64,000 bases of DNA from Massilia sp. (GTDB lineage: Bacteria > Pseudomonadota > Gammaproteobacteria > Burkholderiales > Burkholderiaceae_D): assembly GCA_032115075.1 (NCBI GenBank), contig DAMCRY010000001.1:19348-83347 (forward strand), in the 5' to 3' direction. The notes under the pieces are model-generated. The model saw only the letters and a program-made list of their open reading frames with translations. It had not been told where the DNA came from and ran no database searches. The translations under genes were made by a program, and so were the position numbers. This document shows, in pieces, positions 58,412 to 64,000 of this stretch (the stretch's first letter is position 1; every line of letters begins with the position of its first letter).

Positions 58412-60832
58412 ATGAAAAACGAAATGCATGATCACGCTGGTCACCAGCGTAAGAATCAGGAATGTTGCCACTCGCATGAGCATCATGCCGGCAATGCCGA
58501 ACCCGGCGGCAGCATGGCCGACGCCTCGCAGCATCATTCGTCTACGTTGTCCGATAAGCCCTATACCGATCCGGTATGCGGAATGAGCGTTGCAGACCGG
58601 CCAGATCGACGCATCGAGCACGAAGGAGTCCGCTTTCACTTCTGCAGTGTGAAGTGCATGGACAAGTTTCGCGCCAATCCCACCAGCTATACTGAGAAAG
58701 GCGCCCTTGCCGCTATGCCGGAGGCGCCGCCAGGGACGATTTACACCTGCCCGATGCATCCGGAAATCCAGCAATCCACGCCGGGCAACTGCCCGATATG
58801 CGGAATGTCGCTGGAGCCACTGCTGCCATCGCTGGAGGAGGAAGAGAATCCGGAGTTAGTGGACTTCCGCCGTCGTTTCCGGTGGACGCTGCCGCTGACC
58901 GTGCTCGTCACGATCCTAGCGATGGCTGGGCACCGGATCTTCAGCGGAGGGCTAGCATACCAGAGCTGGATCGAGCTCCTCCTCAGCACGCCGGTAGTGC
59001 TGTGGGCAGGCTGGCCATTCTTTGTCCGTGGTGCGCAGTCGCTCAAGAACCGCAGTCCGAATATGTGGACCTTGATCAGTATCGGGGTCGCCGCAGCGTA
59101 CGGATACAGCCTGGTTGCGACCCTGTTCCCAGCCCTGTTCCCGTCCAACTTCGCAATGCACGGTCGGATCGGCGTCTACTACGAGGCCGCCGCCGTCATC
59201 GTCTCCCTGACGCTGCTCGGCCAGATCCTTGAGCTGCGCGCACGTTCGCAGACTTCGGCGGCGATCAAATCCTTGCTCGGCCTGGCGCCAAAAACGGCCA
59301 GGCGGATTCGTGCGGACGGAAGCGAGGAAGACGTCGAACTTTCGCACGTCCACATCGGCGACTCGTTGCGGGTCAGGCCTGGCGAGAAGGTGCCGGTCGA
59401 TGGGGTTGTCCTGGAGGGCGAAAGCGCAGTGGACGAAGCCATGCTCACCGGCGAACCGCTGCCGGTCACGAAGCGGCCGGGCGACAAGGTCATCGGCGCG
59501 ACCATCAACGCGAGCGGCAGTCTTGTCATCCGTTCCGAGCGCGTGGGGTCACAGACCATGTTGTCGCAGATCGTGCAGATGGTCGCGCAGGCGCAGCGTT
59601 CGCGGGCGCCCATGCAGCGCCTGGCTGACGTGGTAGCCGGCTATTTCGTCACGGTCGTTGTCGTCATAGCGCTACTCACCCTGCTGGGGTGGGGCCTGTT
59701 CGGGCCGGAACCGAGCTGGGTCTATGGGTTCGTAAATGCCGTCGCGGTCCTGATCATCGCCTGTCCCTGTGCATTGGGGCTGGCGACGCCGATGTCGATC
59801 ATGGCGGCGACAGGCCGCGCGGCTACCCAGGGTGTGCTGTTCCGCGACGCTGCGGCGATCGAAGCCATGCGCAAGGTCGACACGATCATCGTCGACAAGA
59901 CGGGTACGCTCACGGAAGGTAAGCCTGCGTTTGACCGGGCGATGGCTGCCTCCGGATTCCAGGAAGAGGATGTGCTTCAAATCGCCGCCAGTATCGACCA
60001 GGGGAGTGAGCATCCGCTGGCACATGCTATCGTCGCTGAGGCAGGCAGGCAGAACCTGCCGCTACACAAACCTGAGTCCTTCGAATCGTCCAGCGGGATC
60101 GGAGTACGCGGGACCGTGAAGGGTGAACGGGTTGCATTGGGCAACACCGCACTGATGGACATCGAAAAGGTCGACTGGACGCCCCTGCAAAGTGCTGCGG
60201 AGGAGCTTCGGCATGTCGGCGCCAGTGTGATGTACCTGGCACTTCAAGGAAAGCTCGTAGGCCTGATCGCAGTGTCGGACCCGGTCAAGGAGACGACGCC
60301 GGAAGCCCTGGCAACCCTCCGCGAGGCTGGCATGACGGTCGTGATGGCGACCGGCGATGGTGTGACCACGGCAAAGGCGGTTGCTTCAAAGCTCGGCATT
60401 TCGGACGTTTACGGTGAGGTCAAGCCGCAGGATAAGCTGGCCCTCGTCGAACGGCTCCAGCAACAGGGCAAAGTCGTCGCAATGGCCGGCGACGGCATCA
60501 ACGACGCGCCGGCGCTAGCGAAGGCGGACGTCGGGATTGCGATGGGTACCGGTACTGACGTCGCGATCAACTCCGCTCACGTCACACTCATCAAAGGCGA
60601 CTTGCGCGCGATTGCGCGATCGCGACTTCTTTCGCTGGAGACCGTACGCAACATGAGGCAGAATCTCGGCTTTGCATTTATTTACAACGCCATGGGAATT
60701 CCGCTGGCTGCAGGCCTTCTTTATCCCTTTACCGGGCAACTCCTTTCTCCAATGATCGCGGCGCTGGCCATGAGCTTGAGCTCGGTGTCGGTGATCGGCA
60801 ACGCACTACGCTTGAGGGGAAGCACTGCATGA
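58412..60832 (+). CDS. P1B-1 Cu/Ag ATPase with YHS and HMBD domains (SilP/CopF-like)
   Basis: His-rich N-terminus, DPVCGM..FCS..C (YHS), [24 protein letters not shown] and MSLSS. Confidence 0.92.
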   Translation: MKNEMHDHAGHQRKNQECCHSHEHHAGNAEPGGSMADASQHHSSTLSDKPYTDPVCGMSVADRPDRRIEHEGVRFHFCSVKCMDKFRANPTSYTEKGALAAMPEAPPGTIYTCPMHPEIQQSTPGNCPICGMSLEPLLPSLEEEENPELVDFRRRFRWTLPLTVLVTILAMAGHRIFSGGLAYQSWIELLLSTPVVLWAGWPFFVRGAQSLKNRSPNMWTLISIGVAAAYGYSLVATLFPALFPSNFAMHGRIGVYYEAAAVIVSLTLLGQILELRARSQTSAAIKSLLGLAPKTARRIRADGSEEDVELSHVHIGDSLRVRPGEKVPVDGVVLEGESAVDEAMLTGEPLPVTKRPGDKVIGATINASGSLVIRSERVGSQTMLSQIVQMVAQAQRSRAPMQRLADVVAGYFVTVVVVIALLTLLGWGLFGPEPSWVYGFVNAVAVLIIACPCALGLATPMSIMAATGRAATQGVLFRDAAAIEAMRKVDTIIVDKTGTLTEGKPAFDRAMAASGFQEEDVLQIAASIDQGSEHPLAHAIVAEAGRQNLPLHKPESFESSSGIGVRGTVKGERVALGNTALMDIEKVDWTPLQSAAEELRHVGASVMYLALQGKLVGLIAVSDPVKETTPEALATLREAGMTVVMATGDGVTTAKAVASKLGISDVYGEVKPQDKLALVERLQQQGKVVAMAGDGINDAPALAKADVGIAMGTGTDVAINSAHVTLIKGDLRAIARSRLLSLETVRNMRQNLGFAFIYNAMGIPLAAGLLYPFTGQLLSPMIAALAMSLSSVSVIGNALRLRGSTA

Positions 60833-61014
60833 ACTTCGTTATTACTGACGAGATGGTCGATCTGACGGTACTGGTCGGGGTCATCTTTGGCACCATCGCC
60901 GCCGGATTCATTGCTCACGGCAAGATCCAGCGACGTCGCGGTCTCAAAAGCTGGACGAAAGAAACCAATACACGCCGCAGGAGAAAGCTTCGCAAGGCTG
61001 CCAAGAACAGGTAG
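60829..61014 (+). CDS. Small single-TM protein with a basic tail
   Basis: ATGA overlap with the ATPase stop; one hydrophobic helix, then an R/K-rich tail. Confidence 0.5.
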   Translation: MNFVITDEMVDLTVLVGVIFGTIAAGFIAHGKIQRRRGLKSWTKETNTRRRRKLRKAAKNR

Positions 61015-61760
61015 GGCGCAATTTAGCTCGTCAACACAACCATTCGCCAGACAACGAACCGCTGCTGCTCAGGCCAACGATCGTGGCGTTATGGCCATAG
61101 AAGCATAGGAGATTAGCCATCCACGCCCTCTAATAGAACAAAGATGTAAGCGCCTGTGTGATGCCCGTCGCGGTTCTTAATTTGACTAAAGGTCGTGGTT
61201 AAACTTAGTAGCGGGTTCATGCACCCAGCTAAAATTGTGCAAATCACCTTCACTAGGATCCGACATTATAGAAGTAATGTCATGCAGCCAAAGATGGGCT
61301 ACAAAAAAAGCTGACTTGCCGGGTGAAGTACAGTATTTGAAGACTCCAACTGCGCGCCGTTGCGGACACCGCGTCACAACCCAATTATTTATCCTTTAAA
61401 AGACTCGAAGTCATATTTGGTGCATACCAGCTCCTAAACAAGTGATCGCCGGGACGCGAAAATTCACATGGGTTTCTGTTAGGTCAAAAAGTCATCGAAC
61501 GTCACACGCATAAAAAAACTGTGCAAGTTACAACGCAGCTTCTTCGTTCATTCACTGTAACAGTGGCTTGTGTGATTTTTCACCTCCTTGCACAGCTCAG
61601 AGAAACAGTATAAATAATATCAATCGGCTCGCCAATGGAAGGCGCGCGATATCACGAGAGTAACTCACTGAATGATATAGCATGATTAAGCGGCGACGAT
61701 CCGTTTACTCTAGGTATCTCAAATTCGATTGGACGTAGGGTGGTACGATAATAAAATGCG

Positions 61761-62144
61761 TCACCTAGTGCATATTGCGTTGCCGCGACTAGCAGCATAA
61801 GTTCCTATATACCATCGTTTCCATGGAGTCGCTTTAGTTAGTAAGACCTCCTCACCACCACCCATATTCCCGTGGTATCGCGTTGACTCTAAGATGCGAT
61901 ATTTCTTATATTTACAATCAAGCTCGTGTAGTGAAATCCGCGAAGAATAAGTTACTTGACCTGGGAGGATTTGAGGCTCAATGTAGTCGATTAGGGAGAG
62001 TACATGCACAATATCAGGCGAAGTCCAGGTCTTATTCTGTTCTAAGTACACAGTAGCTCCCGGAATTCGCCGTGATTCTTTCCACTGCGTGTTCTCCGAA
62101 TTGATTTGCGCAAACGACATCAAGGCTAGCGTTAAGTAGAGCAT
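61761..62144 (-). CDS. Hypothetical exported protein, surface-adhesin E-like
   Basis: YSSRISLHELDCKYKKYRIL...YHGNMGGGEEV pattern recalled for this family; AT-rich. The RBS-linked ATG just upstream is out of frame. Confidence 0.45.
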   Translation of the reverse strand: MLYLTLALMSFAQINSENTQWKESRRIPGATVYLEQNKTWTSPDIVHVLSLIDYIEPQILPGQVTYSSRISLHELDCKYKKYRILESTRYHGNMGGGEEVLLTKATPWKRWYIGTYAASRGNAICTR

Positions 62145-62287
62145 AATTTTTCATTGCCTCCAAGCCATGAACCACTGTAATATTTTGTAAAAGCTGAGAG
62201 AGTTAGGCGAGATCATTCGTCGCCCGCTCTGAGATAATCTAGACTACCCACACTGAATAATTATAGATTTGCTCAAGTTTTAGAATC

Positions 62288-62650
62288 TTAAGTGCTCCTG
62301 TCGTGATCTGAAGTGTCGCGCCACAAAATATTTGTGTCGCCCCAAGCAATATCATCGACCTGACCGGCTCCGTCTAGATAAACAGTACCGTCATCAAACT
62401 GGAAAAATAGGATTTCGAATCCTTCAATGTCAAGAATCGACAAAATTTTGTGAATTTTCCCAGATTTCCATTTTTCCTGATCGGAAAAACTGCAGTAGAC
62501 TCTTATATAAAAATCACTTTGACTAGCGACAAATTCTTGAACGTCGGCAAGGCTACTGAACAAGTATTTCCTAAGGCCGTAACTATCCCAGCAGGTTCCT
62601 GGTGATAGTTCGACGTAAAAGATTCGCAGGGGGGCAGAAACATCCACCAT
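62288..62650 (-). CDS. Hypothetical protein
   Basis: Open frame in AT-rich DNA; start uncertain; no motif recognised. Confidence 0.35.
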   Translation of the reverse strand: MVDVSAPLRIFYVELSPGTCWDSYGLRKYLFSSLADVQEFVASQSDFYIRVYCSFSDQEKWKSGKIHKILSILDIEGFEILFFQFDDGTVYLDGAGQVDDIAWGDTNILWRDTSDHDRST

Positions 62651-63243
62651 TCTGTATCGCCTTAAACCCGAGTGCCGCAATCTGCTTTGTTGAAGCGGGG
62701 ATGCATGCTCCCACGTGTCATGAACTGTGAACATTTGTCTTATGCGGCTGTGCGAGCGGGAAGTTGAACGGAACGATGTTACTCCCCCTGTAGGGGGCAT
62801 GTAACATGATACACTAAATCGAGCATGGCGCACACTTTAGACAACCAAGAACAATCACGCTTGCGCTCTGCTAAGTGCCACGGCGGTCGCTAGTAGGGGC
62901 GGAGCTGGGTGAAGAAGCGTTCAGACTTCGCAAAAACATGCAATGAAAGCATTTCTCCTGTCAAAACTAGGACAAAATGCAAATAGAACAAGAGCTTGAG
63001 ACGCTGCAAGAGAGGTGCACATACGGCCTAAAAAGCTTGCGCCGGACTATTCGCTCGGGCAAATGAACAGATGAGGTCGAAGCGATGAAGACGCTTCCGT
63101 CGTAGGACCGACGAGCAAACGATTCAGTCCAGGATTTGTAAAATTGCATCCATGTAAGCGCATCACAGAGATTCAGAATGTCCTTGGTAATATGTCTCAT
63201 GAGACTTCTACCGCTGGACGCACGAACACTTCGTAAGGGCAAA

Positions 63244-64000
63244 TCACCTACGTTTTCGGTTTGTATTTGCGTTATTTAGTGAATCAAGCTCTGACTTCTT
63301 TTCTCTGATTCTATGCTCAATCAAATAAAGCTGCTGCTTCATCGCTCTGATCGATTGTTCAATTGTTACAAAGTCGTCGTGACCTGAAATCTTGTTGTAT
63401 TTTTTCTTAAGAATCGTTACATATTTGCGCAGAGACTCTAAATTCTGATGACCAGCTCGCTCCGCCACTTTCCGGAGGATAAGATCCCAATCGATACCTA
63501 CAGCGGATCCACCATTGGATCGTAGCGTCCCAATCGCAGCCTCTACCTCGGCATGTAAAAGGTTGGTAAGATAGTAGGCCCGAAGCCTATGTCCATGTCC
63601 TTCTACATTCGCTTCACTAAAGAATGCAGTAAACAAATTCGTCATCGATGTCAGCGTAAGAGCCTTACCAGTCTTAGACGAAACAAAAATCTCCTTCGGC
63701 TCGCTGTAAGCTAGACCATTTCTTTTAAATCGTCTGATGATTTTATCCCTGGGACCTTCAATCCAATCGCGAGTGCGCTCGAGGAGGTCAGGTAACACAC
63801 CGATGTGACGGGCTTTGCCGCCCTTTGTAATTGTCAAACGCAACTCGTACGCATGACCAAGGGAACGAAGACGGTCAATAGCGGGCCACTCTGGGATTTG
63901 ATCAACAGTTAAGTTCTGAGCCTCAACACGGCGTACCCCAGTTTGTCCATACCAATCAATAAGCAGATGATTGCGGTCTGTTAGATCCTGATTCCCGGGG
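63244..64000 (-). CDS. Tyrosine recombinase/site-specific integrase (5' part outside the window)
   Basis: The frame is open to the window end and contains DRNHLLIDW..QTGVRRVE (box I Arg), TKGGK, HRLR, AGH and RKY (catalytic R-K-H-R-H-Y set). Confidence 0.85.
   Translation of the reverse strand, partial: PGNQDLTDRNHLLIDWYGQTGVRRVEAQNLTVDQIPEWPAIDRLRSLGHAYELRLTITKGGKARHIGVLPDLLERTRDWIEGPRDKIIRRFKRNGLAYSEPKEIFVSSKTGKALTLTSMTNLFTAFFSEANVEGHGHRLRAYYLTNLLHAEVEAAIGTLRSNGGSAVGIDWDLILRKVAERAGHQNLESLRKYVTILKKKYNKISGHDDFVTIEQSIRAMKQQLYLIEHRIREKKSELDSLNNANTNRKRR

Larger units (their letters stand above)
1..61050. mobile_element. Heavy-metal resistance genomic island or plasmid cargo region (left end outside the window)
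   Basis: Continuous metal-resistance gene content (3 HME-RND pumps, 4 P1B ATPases, 3 MerR regulators, cop genes). Abrupt shift to AT-rich sequence after about 61.05 kb, and a tyrosine recombinase at the window end. No att sites identified. Confidence 0.6.

Noticed and set aside
61100..63242. tRNA or att site, and small ORFs at 61186-61377 and 62967-63242
   Set aside because: No cloverleaf or direct repeat was found, and the short ORFs have no supporting motif or RBS.

Overview
A GC-rich multi-metal resistance island of about 61 kb, probably from a betaproteobacterium (Oxalobacteraceae/Massilia-like, inferred from gene content). It is followed by an AT-rich flank that ends in a partial tyrosine recombinase. 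In order: (1) the end of a CnrBA/NccBA-like RND operon with lpdA and lspA appended, then czcE; (2) a pbr-like block (acr3-like, pbrT, pbrR, pbrA, czcP, ZIP, Csp-like); (3) czcICBA plus two unknown membrane genes, czcD and gmhA; (4) a mer block lacking merA (merR/merT-merP-GDCCVxC); (5) cusCBA; (6) copAB plus a Csp-like gene; (7) a TonB-dependent receptor with two PepSY membrane proteins, one fused to a 2Fe-2S/FAD/NAD reductase; (8) copZ-copA-cueR; (9) a TolC/multicopper oxidase/copG/cusF/copCD/NTF2-like operon; (10) DUF305 and PEP-CTERM genes; (11) fdx and a YHS-domain Cu ATPase. Six MerR-type promoters with long spacers are visible. The most striking pattern is that no two-component system occurs in the window, yet six periplasmic or envelope operons each start with a similar small ORF (signal-like N-terminus, Cys cluster, Pro-rich RPP-like C-terminus). 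Four of these ORFs have an extended -10 only 6-10 nt before the ATG, which predicts leaderless mRNA. This suggests a repeated metal-sensing, ribosome-stalling leader-peptide layer. All calls come from motif recognition; no database searches were run.
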